DNA of 64,000 nucleotides from Eledone cirrhosa (taxonomy: Eukaryota): NCBI GenBank assembly GCA_964016885.1, contig OZ024741.1, forward strand, positions 82,460,001 to 82,524,000, read 5' to 3'. Each line of letters opens with the position of its first letter. The stretch's first letter is position 1. A program made the position numbers and the translations under genes. Under the pieces are notes generated by a model that worked only from the letters and a program-made list of their open reading frames with translations, did no database searches and was not told the DNA's origin. This document shows, in pieces, positions 35,952-50,389 of this stretch.

Positions 35952-38232
35952 TTTCTTTATTAACCACAAGGGTTTACATAAAGTAGACATTAAGGACAGT
36001 ACAGGACAATACAGGGCGGTACAAATGGGCATTTCTGCGTGTAAAAAAAGAAACAGAGGATGCGATAGCAGGTGTTCGACATAAACCCACAAGTCAGCAA
36101 TGCTCGGACACTGGACGAGTGCGTGCAGGACGGTTTCGTCGCCCTGCGCAAATTTCGGACATGCCCGGCTGACGGCACCTCCATGCCTGTAGAGTTTATC
36201 CCGAACTGGCAAAGCTCCTCGGTAGCACTACCAGGCCAGGGATTTCTGGAAGTTGTCCATAGGCCCCGGCCCGAAAATTCTTCCGAAGAGATTGGCTAGT
36301 TGATTTTCGTCGACGCCTAGAGTTTCCCCAAGTACGTCATCGCTCTTCCCCTCCACTAATCCTCTATAGAACGCCAAGGTGGAGTTTCCACCGATTACAT
36401 TGCCCGATTGGTCGAGGGCTGTGAGCATTGAAGATATTCCAGTCTCCAAGCGTTCCCTCTCGGTCTTCGTTTGATCCAAGACTGCAGCTCCGTCAAGGAG
36501 ACGAGCTGGGGAAAGCCGTGTCTAGCAAACGGAGACCACATCTTATCACCGTCGAGTAGGAGGTGGAGATGTCGTAGCCTGAGCGCGTGTCTGTACATCA
36601 TCAGCCACGGCATTCCCAGCCCTCCACGTAGCGTGTGTTGACAGCAGATGAACGCCTGACCATCGGAGAGCGCCCCTTCCACAAAAAGCGAAAGAGCAAA
36701 CGATCCAGCGCAGTCAGGCGGGGCTTAGGACAAGGTGCAACGGTCAGGCGGTAGTAGATGACGGACGCGATATACGCGTTAGCCACATCCGCTCGACCTT
36801 TCAGGGATAGCTTCCTTTCGGCCCATTTCTGGGTGAGAGAAGCCACCTTGCTCGTCACCTCGTACCAGTTTTTGTCCGTCTGGAGATACGGACCGAAGCA
36901 GATCCCGAGCAATTTAACTGGTCCGTCCGTCCAGCGCCCGACGACGCTGTTGGGCGGCATGGACCTGCCTTTCCAGGTGCCGAGCTGCAGGCCCACTGAC
37001 TTTTCCTGGTTGATCATTGTTCCTGTCACCGCTTCGTATTCTCTTAGTGTAGTGCCGATCGCCTCGACACCACTACGGTGACATCGTCCGCATATGCTGA
37101 TACGGATCTTCCGCATCCTAGTAAGCGCGGGACCCCCCTCAACGTCTCCAGTTTGAGCAGTAATGGCTCGAGTTGTCAATACGTACAAGAGGGACGAGAG
37201 GGGACATCCTTGGCGGACCGAGCGCATGATGTTGAACGGTTCCGAAGGGTGACCGTTCACTCTCACCACAGAGCAGATGTCGCTGTGCATGGCAGCGATC
37301 TAGCCTCTGAAGACGGGCTAAAGCCAGCCGCCCTCAGGACTGCGGCTAGGTTACGATGGTCGAACCTATTGAAAGCTTTCGACTGATCTAAATTAATCAA
37401 GGACCCACCCGTGCCAGGTTCCCTAGCTACCCTCTCTACGATGTATCGCATGAGGTGGAGGTTGTCGGGGATGGATCTGTTGGGAATGGCGAATGTCTGC
37501 GCCTCTCCCACCAGACCACCAACGACAAGCGCCAACCTCTTTGCTAGCACCTTGGCCAAAATCTTGAACTCTGTGTTTAGCAGATTTATGGGCCTGAAAT
37601 TATCTGTGTTATCCCCTTTGTTCGGATCCTTTCTCAGCAGCGCCACCGCTTCAGCAGCGCCACCGCTCCTCGGCTCACAGGGCCGGGAATTCTCCCGTTC
37701 TGTTGCCAGTTGCAGTAGACGTCCGTCAAGAGGCCTCCGAACAAGTCTGGCATCTGCACGTAAATTTCATAGGGCAGACCATCCAAACAAGGCGATTTAC
37801 CCCTTATCCAGCCAGTCATTGCTTCCCGTACTTCAGCGGCTGTTATCGGCTTTTCGCAACACTCAGCCTCAGTGGCCGAGAGCCGCGGCAGTCCGTCGAG
37901 GTAGACACTAAAGTCCATCCCTCGATCCGTCTCGCCGCTGCCCCCGAACAGCTGAGCGAAGTGTCGCTGAAAAACTTCACACATTTGTCCGGGATCGCGT
38001 AGCATGCGCCCGTCGTGGTCTACCAAAGACCGGATCGTGGCTCTTTGCCACGACGCGCATCCGCCACTCGGGCCCATTGAACGGTTTTCGTCCCCTCGTG
38101 TCTGAGAGCACGCACCCTAGCTCTGACAACGCAGACTCCGTACTTTGCATTGAAGAATTGGTCAAGCACCAATTTCGACGCAAGTACGTCGGTCGCGAGC
38201 CTTTGCTAAGCGCCTCATCTAATTTTCAAACT
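35950..38232 (-). pseudogene. Tx1/L1-clade LINE ORF2 remnant (frameshifted) with an (ATT)n tail
   Basis: Motifs KSPCLDGLPYE, NFRPINLLNTEFKILAK, LDQSKAFNRFDH, SVRQGCPLS, AYADD (frameshifted), LSLKGRA and CPKF...ETVLHALVQC. Confidence 0.9.
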
Positions 38233-38234
38233 AG

Positions 38235-38675
38235 TTTTAGGATACAGACGGACAAGAAACTGGAACACAATAGACCTAACCTGGTGGTTGTGGACAAAGA
38301 AAACAGATCGTGCCTGATTGTGGATGTGGCCTGCCCATTCGACACGAGAGTGCAAGAGAAGGAGAGGGAGAAAATTAACCGATACCAGGACTTAAATTGG
38401 CAGGTAAAAAGGATTTGGAACTGCCATAAAGTCAAAGTGGTCCCGATTGTCATAGGCGCACTAGGGACTATCTCAAAAAGTTTCCAGGGATGGTTAAAGA
38501 AAATTGGCCCCTTCACGCTTTTTGGAACGCTTCAAAAGGCATGCTTGCTGGGAACAGCAAGAACCCTCCGATACGTCCTGAATATCTGAGGCTGCAGGTA
38601 GTGGCTTGATATTCACTTCAACAAACTTTCCAGTTAACTATGAATGACTGAACCGCAAAGAGTAATAATAATAAT
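38235..38675 (+). mobile_element. R4/Dong-clade LINE 3' end (restriction-like endonuclease) with a (TAA)n tail
   Basis: IQTDKKLEHNRPNLVVVDK...DVACPFD...EKINRY...VVPIVIGALG...LLGTARTLRYVL*, followed by (TAA)4 at 38663-38674. Confidence 0.9.
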
Positions 38676-40110
38676 TACCGCAGAGTAAGTGCAATCTTAA
38701 GAACGGAATTGAATGCAAGGAATAGGATCGATGCCATAAACACGCTTGCCATACCAGTAGTAACCTACAGTTACAATGTAATCAACTGGTCAAGCACAGA
38801 GATCCGTAGGCTCGATACAAACATTCGAAAATTCTTAACCATGCACAGAATGCATCACCCTAAGGCAGACATAGATAGAATATATCTCCCTAGGAAAGAA
38901 GGAGGACGTGGGTTAATCCAGTTAGACATTGCGTTGAAAACTGCAACAAATTGGATTATCTACATATCTAAGGGAATCACATGATTGGATGATCAAACTC
39001 GTTTTGAAACACGAAAGCACCAAAAGATCATATTCCATTACACAAGATGCACAAAGATACAGTAATGGACTACAAATTTCAGAAGTCCCATTTACTGCTG
39101 AAATGGAAAACACAGAAAAAGCAAAGCAGGTAAAAGTAACTGCAAAGAAAGAACTGCTACAGAAACTGGCTAAGAAATGGCAAGAAAAGCCTCTGTATGG
39201 AAAATACCCAGAGCGAGCTAACAATCCAGATGTTGACAAAACTTTAACCCATCAGTGGTTGGCATCCTCTGGACTGAAATCGGAGACTGAAGGACTGATT
39301 ATATCGGCACAAGATCAGTGTCTGCCAACAAAAAATTACCAAGCCAACATAATAAAAAATGGGTGCAGCCCATTATGCCGTGTATGCAAAAAACAACCAG
39401 AGACCATTGACCATATAATTTCAATGTGCAGTCCTATAGCTCCAACCGAATACCTAAACAGGCATGACAGAGCTGCACAATACATACATTGGATAATGTG
39501 TAAGCATTTTGACCTGCCCCATCAAAAGAATTGGTGGGAGCATCAACCACCTCCCATACTTGAAAAAGATCACATCTCAATCTTGTGGAACTTTAGCATC
39601 CAAACAGACCGAAAAATAGATGCAAACAGACCTGATATAATATTGAAAGACTTTCAAAAGAGGGTATGCCTGCTAATTGATATGTCTGTTCCAATAGACA
39701 AGAATGTATCTATAAAAACATTTGAAAAATTGAGCAAGTATAAGGACCTGGAGATAGAAATTGGAAAAATGTGGAAATTGAGAACTAAAACAATACCAGT
39801 GGTTGTAGGCGCTCTGGGAATGATACCTAAGGGGTCTAATGATTACATATCGCAAATCCCAGGAAACCCGCGTATAGGAGAAATACAAAAGATAGTAGTA
39901 ATGGGAACTGCCCATATACTAAGGACGATTCTGTCAATATAAGTACATCACAAGTCTAAACACTAAAGATGCATGTGTGAATATGTATGTTCTTTCTTGA
40001 ACATGGCGGACCTTGTTGTCTCTTGAGGTCACTGGTTGTGACTTGGTGATAACTCGTATGAACATAAAGCAAGATAAATGCAACTGTAATAATAATAATA
40101 ATAATAATAA
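38676..40110 (+). mobile_element. Second R4/Dong-clade LINE, 5'-truncated, one frameshift, (TAA)n tail
   Basis: Motifs HPKADIDRIYLPRKEGGRGL, CRVC...ETIDHIISMC knuckle, RHD, RPDI and VVVGALG. Stop at 39942, (TAA)n at 40088-40110. Confidence 0.92.
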
Positions 40111-40684
40111 TCTAACATCAAACGAACAATAATATCGACAAATATACAACTAAATATGATACAACCAACATTACAAGCATGTTATAAAGAACTGGAAAAA
40201 AATAGTTTTTATAAATTAAAAAAATCATATATAAATTAACAATATAACTTACCAAAACGAGAAAAATAATTTGATGTTAAACGACAAAAAACAGGAAGAA
40301 GATTCGAAAGCGAAACGATAAATAAACGTGCAAACAAAAAGGCGTATCGCTTGAGCAACAATTACTCTCGTTGTTTGATTAGCCAATAAGACGATGCATT
40401 ACAAAAGATGTTTGGCAGCGATCATCACCACGGCCAGCGACACCCCTTGAATTTTTTATTCACAAGCTACGCATATATATCAGACACGCAGGCTTAAAAC
40501 ATTTTTTTTAGTGACTGCGTGTCTAACAGATACATACACACACACACATACATACATACATATATATAAATATATATATATCACTGAAAAAAGAGAATCA
40601 GTGTTTGATATCATACTCTGCTCTACAAGGGCATCGAGGGCTCATACGGCCTACCGCATACGGACGCTTTAAGAATCCAACACC

Positions 40685-40732
<48 letters not shown>

Positions 40733-40734
<2 letters not shown>

Positions 40735-41055
40735 AAGGTATATATTGAGTTAGATACTCAAAATAGTCTCTACAATTAAATAGCTCAAGGAAAGAGATGT
40801 TTCCGACCCGTATAATATATTCGAATATAAAAGAGAGATAAACACAGACATATACATATATGTGTTCAAATCGTAAGGGACCAGATTCGCTAAGGTGAAA
40901 AAGATACTAACTATGGACAATAGGGTTTGCCAGAATCAATTTAGGAATAAATCAAGAAAATAAATACAAAACGTAATTGTGGTAACTACAAGACACTCAG
41001 AACACGCTTGGTCATGGTGTTTCGCAATTCAATTGTGAAGAGAATTCTCAATTCT
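40733..41055 (-). mobile_element. Family A PLE pseudo-LTR-like element, truncated inside its hammerhead
   Basis: Reverse-complement homologue of 45440-45751. It keeps gcGAAAcac-11nt-gtgTT, with (TA)n at both ends. Confidence 0.8.
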
Positions 41056-41281
41056 TATATATATATATGGTAAATTTCTTTAAGTCGTTTGGAAGCCTAG
41101 ACAATGCAAATGGGTAAATCTCCGGGTTACAAGATCCGGTGGTGGAGAGAGAGATGTAAGTGGGTGTACATTGAGATGCGTGGCGTGTATAAAACGTGTA
41201 GAGAAATGAAGAAAAGAGCGTAAAGGATAAACATAAAAATAACAACACGAGAAAGAGTTACCTTGGGAGAAATTTCATTGT

Positions 41282-41317
41282 CCCTATATATTTCGGATTC
41301 GCATCCATCAACTGGGG
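41282..41317 (-). ncRNA. Degenerate minimal type I hammerhead ribozyme
   Basis: CCC-CAGUUGA(core, 2 mismatches to CUGAUGA)-U-GGAU-gcga-AUCC-GAAA-UAUA-UA-GGG: stem I, a GNRA-capped stem II and a palindromic stem III. Confidence 0.65.
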
Positions 41318-41346
41318 TTTTTTTCCGGGGTGGGGGAAAGGTTGCA

Positions 41347-41612
41347 GATACGTCGTGTATAAGATAGAATGTAACAAGTGCAACCAATACTATATAGGTA
41401 GCACAATCCGGCCGTTGCACATCCGGATCAAGGAACACACTAAAAACAGGGCCTCTCCTTTCCGGAAACACATAGCCAAATGCGGAAACAAAGACGGAAG
41501 GCCCATTGTCACAATTCTAACGACAGAAAGAAATGGCGGCACGTTACGTATCAAGGAAGCACTTTGGATCAAACGCCACAATTAAACAACCGATCCGAGA
41601 GAAGCGAAATGA
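41347..41612 (+). pseudogene. PLE GIY-YIG endonuclease domain (CCHH type)
   Basis: VVY-x-I-x-CxxC-YIG-x-T-x-R...R..EH, E..I and LN motifs, with a stop at 41583-41585. Confidence 0.88.
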
Positions 41613-42125
41613 GGTGGTTGGTTTAAGTTAACAAATGATGCAGCAACCAACGCACTCACACACAAGCGAGACAGCAACACACGCACACACACATACACAC
41701 ACAGTAGCATTCCACCATACGAACATACTACACTACCAATACAGAGGAACAAGGCAACAACACAGGCACACACGCTCAAGCGAGACAGCAACACACGCAC
41801 ACACTCACACACACACAGTAACATTCAACAAACAGGCAGAGAATGGACTGACAGCTAGCGCCACCCCACTCCCACAATTGAAAGAATTACTTCGGCGCTG
41901 ACCTCTGCCTGACCGACCCCATTTTACGCCCACGCGCGCTCTGCTGAATAAGCTATTCAAAACAACGAACAGCGGAGGACACGTTTCGCACCTTTCCGAC
42001 AGGCAACCTTTCCCCCGGATCTTGTTACCCGGAGATTTACCCATTTGCATTGTCGAGTCTTCCAAACGACTTAAAGTAATTTACCTTATTATTCCACAAT
42101 GCTTCAAGCAAACTTCAATACTCTC

Positions 42126-43023
<898 letters not shown>

Positions 43024-43030
43024 AGTAGTA

Positions 43031-43147
43031 ACATAACAGTTAGTTCACCATACCGAGAACAAATGTTTCACCGTGCGGATCTTCAGCTACGCTGAAGATC
43101 CGCATTGTGAAACATCTGTTCTCGGTATGGTGAACTAACTGTTGTGT
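43031..43147. repeat. ~57-bp-arm palindrome made of two head-to-head hammerhead-like halves (family E)
   Basis: The arms differ at only a few positions and the loop is tac (43088-43090). Each arm begins gCTGAAGAt...tGAAAca..tgTT. Confidence 0.85.
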
Positions 43148-44062
43148 CTCTACATCTACCAAACTCGTTCCATGGACTGAGTGCTCTACTACTACGGATA
43201 TTACCCTCCAGTTTTCTACCTTTATATATATGGGGGGGGGGGGTATGTGTGTGTGGGGGGGGGGTTGAGTTTGGATCTGTATGTTGCATAACGAAGGGAT
43301 TCAAAAAAGGTATCGATAAAATAGATATAAGACATGAAATATATCCTGGAGTCGATAAGATCTACTAGATCCAGTGCTCCAGCATGACCACAGCCTATGG
43401 ACTGAAATATAAAATGGAAAAGAGCTTTTCAAATTCTGTCATTTCAATCATTAATATATTTTCATATGATAATTTGTTCCTGCTCACTGTGATCAGCTTC
43501 GCCTTTCATCCTTTCTTATTCGATAAATAAAGTACCGAAGGATCCGGCAGGATGATGGTGTTTGCAGCCGGTAAATAGTATCTCGATTGAAAGATAAAAT
43601 GTAAACATTGCTTCCTTAGTCCATTCAGAGGAGTTGCTAATTTCTTGACGATTTGGGATTTTGCTTTAGAAATTTTGGACTGAATATAATCATGCTAATC
43701 AAATAAAAATAAGAAACGGCTGTAAATTTGAAAAATTCGATAAAAAGCTCATGCTATGTCTTCCGTTGTCTTTTTTTTATGCGCCATCTATGTTCTCTCG
43801 AGCACAATAAATAAAATACCCGTCACAACTATAATCGTTTCTTCCTATATTTATGTTTCATAATACCTGTTTCACTTTTCTTTCTCTCCACACTCCCCAT
43901 TCTCTATCATACAGAAACACACAAATACTCTTTTTTTTCTTTAGAAAACAACGTTTGTGTTCAGAAATAGAAGGAAATCCCCAAAGCACGTTGTATGTCA
44001 AGATGATTCCCCGACAGTGTTGTTCAGTGCCCATGGATGGATGAAACAATGAAATATATATA

Positions 44063-44568
44063 TCTTCTATACAATATAAAAGCGAGGATATGTGGTGGGT
44101 CTGTGGACAATTTTGGACAGCTAAGGCTTTTGCAATTCCCAACCGAAAGTGACCAAATGTTCTGTGCACGCTGCACCTGTCGCTCCGATGGTTACATCAC
44201 AACATTTTTCAAATCGACCCACGTTGAGCAATAAAAAATCGATAGCAAAATTATTTTTTTAAAGTGCATGATGTAAGGTAGAAATCAATCAAAACAAAAT
44301 CCTTATGGGACTTTCCATTCAAACTGTTAGGACCTACAACTTTTCGGCTGTAGCTTGCACATTTTTTGTCACTCGCGACAAATAGTAGGTGTTCGTTCTC
44401 TGCACTACAAGGCTCTTAAGCGAGAATCGGGTTCTCTTCTAAGTCACACGACTGTGTCAGCAAACCCATAAACACTAAATCCTTATCGGATTTTCCATTC
44501 AATTCACTTCCTAGCTGTATATTCTTAGCATAATTTCAACCCCGGACAACTCCGGGTAAATCTGCTAG
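44063..44568 (+). mobile_element. Non-autonomous Helitron
   Basis: A|TC 5' end (tcttctatacaatataaaagcgag), subterminal hairpin cccgga-caac-tccggg (44541-44556) and a CTAG|T 3' end, inserted in a TA run. Confidence 0.8.
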
Positions 44569-44577
44569 TATATATAT

Positions 44578-45268
<691 letters not shown>

Positions 45269-45277
45269 TGTGTGTGT

Positions 45278-45751
45278 CGAGTAAACCCGGCTGCTATTTT
45301 TAGAGTCTGCGAGACACTCTAAGTTCTGTTACCATGTGCATTGTGATATATACGCACACTATCCAGTATTTTACTATACTTAGAAGTGACCAGGATACTA
45401 ATAATTCTTCACCCGCTGATGAGCAAGTATTTGGTATTCCTCTTCGCAATTAATATTGCGAAACAGTATTATCAAAACTGTCCGGGTGATTGGTTGTTAC
45501 CACAATTCTGGTTTGTATTTATTTTTTTGATTTATTCTTAAATTGAGTCTGGCAAACCCAATTGTCTATAGTTAGTATTCTATTCACCTTAGCGAATCTG
45601 GTCCCTTACGATTGGAACACATATATATATATATCTGTGTTCGTTTTCCTTTTTTGTTCAGTTATATTATACGGCCTCGGAAAAATCTCTTTCCTAGAGC
45701 TAATTTATTGTAGGAGACTATTTTGAGTTTCTAACTCAATATATGACTTTG
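45278..45751 (+). mobile_element. Family A non-coding element carrying an intact hammerhead, between (TG)n and (TA)n
   Basis: Homologous to 40733-41055 and contains the HHR listed next. Confidence 0.8.
45409..45489 (+). ncRNA. Type I hammerhead ribozyme
   Basis: Stem I UCACCCG/CGGGUGA; CUGAUGA at 45416-45422; stem II GCAA(g)UAUU/AAUAUUGC; GAAA at 45460-45463; stem III CAGU/ACUG; GUC triplet, predicted cut after 45482. Confidence 0.92.
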
Positions 45752-45798
45752 ATATATATATATATATATATATATGGCAATATATATATATATATATT

Positions 45799-46450
45799 AG
45801 TTTTGCGATGTTTTTGATATGAAATCGTGTGTCGAAACAAATAGTGTTATACTTGGGGAGGATCATATTTGTGTAATATTGCCAGAATTAATAACAGAAC
45901 ACACTGATAACAAACAACACTGACCTAAGAGAAGTATAAATAAATAAATAGATAAATAAATCAATACATACACAATCACAATAACAACAAACACATATAA
46001 ACACACACTAGTAAATATAGAATACATTAACCAATACACAGTCACCCAATCACGAACACACATCAAACAAAACACTATACACACACGCAAACGCATGCGC
46101 AAAGCAGACAAAATAAAATAAACAAATAAATAAATATATAAACAGACTAAGTAAAGATGGCGTAGAAAATACAAAATACAATGTAACGGGAGGAAACAAT
46201 AGCACCACTGACGATGTTGCAGACGTGCAACGAAAGAACTTTGATAAACTATATACATGTGTTTGTGTCTATATTGTATCTGTATTATTTTTGACCGTTG
46301 GTCAGTCAATGGCAACATTGAGGACCGAATGAATTAGATTACCGATATAAAAGACACAGAAGCGAAAAGCGAAAACCAACCAAACAGTGAGTGTGTTCTG
46401 TTATTAATTCTGGCAATATTACACAAATATGACCCTCCCCAAGTATAACT
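45799..46450 (+). mobile_element. Family B copy with an inverted tail at its 5' end
   Basis: 45847-45907 is the inverse of ~46388-46450. Core ctgacga-t-gttgca-gacg-tgcaac-gaaa at 46208-46235. TA repeats flank it. Confidence 0.8.
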
Positions 46451-46498
46451 ATATATATATATATATATATATACAGAGAGAGAGAGAGATAGATAGAT

Positions 46499-46529
<31 letters not shown>

Positions 46530-46931
46530 TATATATATAGAGAGAGAGAGAGAGATAGAACAATATTCCCTTTAGCCATGTGAAACAATTTTCATGACAA
46601 TTTGTCGATCAAACAAAGGAGAACATTTTACACTGTCGACAACACTCGTAATTCAGCGGGTATCAATAACGTCACGTAATAGCAAGAGCCGAATTTTATT
46701 AAATAGATGTAGTCCCCCCACCCCACACAATGTGTCAGTGATGCCAGTGAGATAAATATATACTGAACACAAGTAAAAGGTGACAGCAGCAAGTTAATAA
46801 TTGACACCATGCTTCAGGATTCATACGGACGACGGGTGTGAATGAATAATGACTATAAGTAAAGAAAGAGTGAGCGGGAGCAAAATAAAGAAGGAGAGAG
46901 AGAGAGAGAAAGAGAGAGGGAGAGAGAGACA

Positions 46932-46997
<66 letters not shown>

Positions 46998-49900
46998 GTG
47001 GTTATTATATGAGGGAAATATATAGCCCTTGAAAGTAAAACTGATAAGTTTAAGCTTATTGTTCGTATTTGTCATAGAGAAAGAGATACAACTAAATACT
47101 TACGCGAATGTGTTTAAAATTTATCTGTGAACTTCATACAAAACAGGCACTATAAATACTTAAGGCACATTCATTGTACATACATAGAGCCATTCCTTTT
47201 GATAAATTATAATTCTATGGCATTTAACTTACTTATAACTTGAAATTATATGGCATTTAACTTACATATAACTTGAAATTGAAAATATCTAGTTATTTTT
47301 AGCATTATTTTAATTTCCTAAAGTAGTGAAACAGAAGAATCGGAGGAAACTAATTCAACCGCAGCCGATCTTGACTGTCGCACTCATTTCACAGGGCTCA
47401 ATATAATAAGTAGCAGACTCATGCTGGAGGGTTTGATTTAATCAACTATATCTCTTTAACAAACTTCAGGCACCGTACATTTGTAAGAAATCATTAAGGA
47501 TATTGTAATACTATAGTTGATTGGCAGATCCAGTAGAATATCGGAAAAAATTTGCAGTATTACTTCCAAATTTAAATGACCCCTGATCAAATTCTCACGC
47601 AGCCAGCTTTGATTTTCTTCATCCCTGAGTCTAGAAAATAAAATACTAGTGCAGCAGTCGGTTCAACCGGAATGTAAATTATTCAATTAGTGACAGCTTT
47701 ATTATGCAAAGTAGCGAGCCTGCACAGTCGAAATTGACGGTGTTTCACGTAGCAATTCGTTTATTTTGTCCAAAGCTTTGTCTCACAGGATTTGATCTTA
47801 TTTACGGTTGGCAATTAGGACGTGCACAGAATGGAGTCCAAGTCAGCTCCAAGCATCTAAGGTGGCCAGGAGTTTGCTTAGGTTCGGCTATGTTTTGGAT
47901 CACCTCGTTCATGAGCGTATGGCATAAGTTTAGCCACGAAAGAAACCCCAACAAAACCGATGAAACTGGAGATGAGAGACCAAGAATTCCTCATTTAACA
48001 ACGTTGCCTATATCATCCGCCCCACGCTGAGTGCAGACATCGAGATATGTGAGCTAACAGGAATGACTGTAACAGAGGGCATTGTGAATGTTATACACAA
48101 TCTTCAGTTCCCAGGCACAATCTGCTCACAGGAGCTTCGAGGTGGCAAACCTTGAACTTGAAATTAAAGGCGGGAGGGATCGGTGACCCAAGGATAAAAA
48201 TATCTTGTCTCGAATCACATGCACCTCTTTTAGTATCGATAACAGATGCCCTATTAAATATTATAAATTCAGACGTTTTTTCTTCCTTCGATTTCTCCAT
48301 CTCTCTCATTTTCCTCTAACTATTTGTCACTCCTCTCTCCGGCTCTCGTCAGAGAAACAGCAAAAATAGATTTGGGAATAATGTTGTGAGAGAGAGAAAA
48401 AGGGTAAGACTGGAAAGGGGAAATATAATGCTGAAGAATGTGAGAGAAGGAAAGAGAAAGATAGAGATATATGTTATAAACTGTTACGTTCAGAAAAAGA
48501 AAATATATATATATAAATAACTTTACTCGCTGCAGGTTTTACATTAGATATTAAAATTCATTTTCCTTTGTTTTTGTTAACTGTTGTTGGATACATTACG
48601 AATATTGAGAAACCCTGCATTATAAAACACTCAGGAAACACTTCATAAACCCGAAAATAATATTTCATTTGGCATATGAGGACATCCTTGCATGGAAGCT
48701 TGAAAATTGATTTCTTCCGGAGAAGATGGAAACAGTGAGAGATTGTGGGTGAGAGAGTGAGAAAAAATGAAAGGGGAAGAAGTTACGGATGGTGTTGAGG
48801 AAACATCACTCCTAACATTGAACTAGAATTTTATTTTCAACCTGAAAAGGGTGACAAACAAAGTTGACCTCGGTGGGATTTGAAGTAAGAGAGCAGAGAA
48901 CAGAAACGAATATCACAACACGTTCTCTCCGTCGTCCTACGACAATACCAAGATGCTACCTTTACGATGTTATAAATATTGTAAATAATCTATTGAAGGG
49001 CAATTTTTGTTAAAATAATGCTGTTTTAAAATGGCGTATCTGTTGTTGTCTCTTGGGTTTTGTTGTTATAAAATATTACTTTAAGTTCCTTCGTAAATGT
49101 TAAGAAACAGGAAATAGGCAATAAAATTACATTAGCCATTCCTTGTGTTTATAAAATATCTTCTTGAGCAGAAGCCAAGCATCAAGAGCATCAAGACCCC
49201 CAGAAACAAAAAATGGTTGAGCAAACAATACAAACAACAGCACGTATAATATTAACCCTTACATTATCATATCTCTAGTATTTTCAAATCATTCTAAAAA
49301 TAATGGAGACTTTGGAAGGATATGGTAACAACATTAATGTTGTCCTTATTATGCTGGTGTTTGGAATGAATCAATACAAAATCTTATGTAAAATTATGCT
49401 GGAAGTAACTTAGGTAAATATAAACAGTTCAATATAACTAGTCTGATATCGCAGAAACAAGGAAAGTTTCAAGTAATTTAATATCAAATGTTTTTAAAAA
49501 GTGAGGAGCCAAGATGGCAAATTTGACCTGGATGATACACCAACCAGTTTTAAAACGGATCCGACCATATTGTCTTCAGAAAAGGATGTATCAAGTAAAA
49601 TTAATACGAGAAAGTCACGCCTTTTAATGGTATCAAATTCTATTTCTAACAACTCAGGTGAAGGCCCACAGTTCCCATTTTTTGGCCCGTATGCTATGTT
49701 TATGATGCAGTCTGTGGTTTATCGTACATAACTGTTGAAAACAAAAAGGCGCTTGGAGCATAAACCTTGGAAATAAGCTTATGTTTGGATGATAATCGTT
49801 GAAGATAAGCAGGGGATTACAGCAACAGCGTTGAAAACAAATTCCATGTTAAACATATGGGTTAATTCTGAGTTCGTGAACTAAACCAAGTATACCCATG

Positions 49901-50164
49901 TTCTTGAGATAACATACATGCATACATACATGCATACATGCATACATCCATCCATCCATACATAATACATACATATGTGCACGCATACATAATAGTTATA
50001 TAGAAATGTCATTAGTCGTACATAAGGTTACTTTCTCAGAAAATATACCTTAGTAATAAGACATTATATGTATATATATATATATATATATATTTATGTA
50101 CACACACATGCACATATATGTGTGTGTGTGTGTGTGTGTGCGTGTGTACATACATATATATATA

Positions 50165-50296
50165 AAGTCTAAAGTCCGTCTTAAACCAGAAGGCTGATTT
50201 GGCCTGTGCTTATCCCGGTTTCATGGCGTGAAGCGACTGAGAGTACAAACTCCCCCCTGGACAGGACGCCAGTCCATCGCAGGGTTAAACCCACAG

Positions 50297-50298
<2 letters not shown>
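50165..50298 (-). mobile_element. SINE 3' half
   Basis: ccctgcgatggactggcgtcctgtccaggggggag...cgcttcacgccatgaaaccgggataagc is a body/tail motif common in aquatic-animal SINEs. TA repeats flank it. Confidence 0.65.

Positions 50299-50389
<91 letters not shown>

Larger units (their letters stand above)
41069..42125 (+). mobile_element. Truncated PLE (family D): inverted pseudo-LTR, GIY-YIG and 3' region, flanked by (TA)n
   Basis: 41069-41138 and 41325-41346 are inverted copies of 42002-42085. The internal frame encodes VVYKIECNKCNQYYIGSTIRPLHIRIKEH...H...LRIKEALWI. Confidence 0.85.

Noticed and set aside
38077-38589. 170-aa ORF as a single gene
   Set aside because: It is a chance fusion of antisense Tx1 sequence with the R4/Dong endonuclease tail.
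40395-40435. Minus-strand gtgatga...caaac as a decayed hammerhead
   Set aside because: Both core boxes are mutated and the stems are too weak to call.
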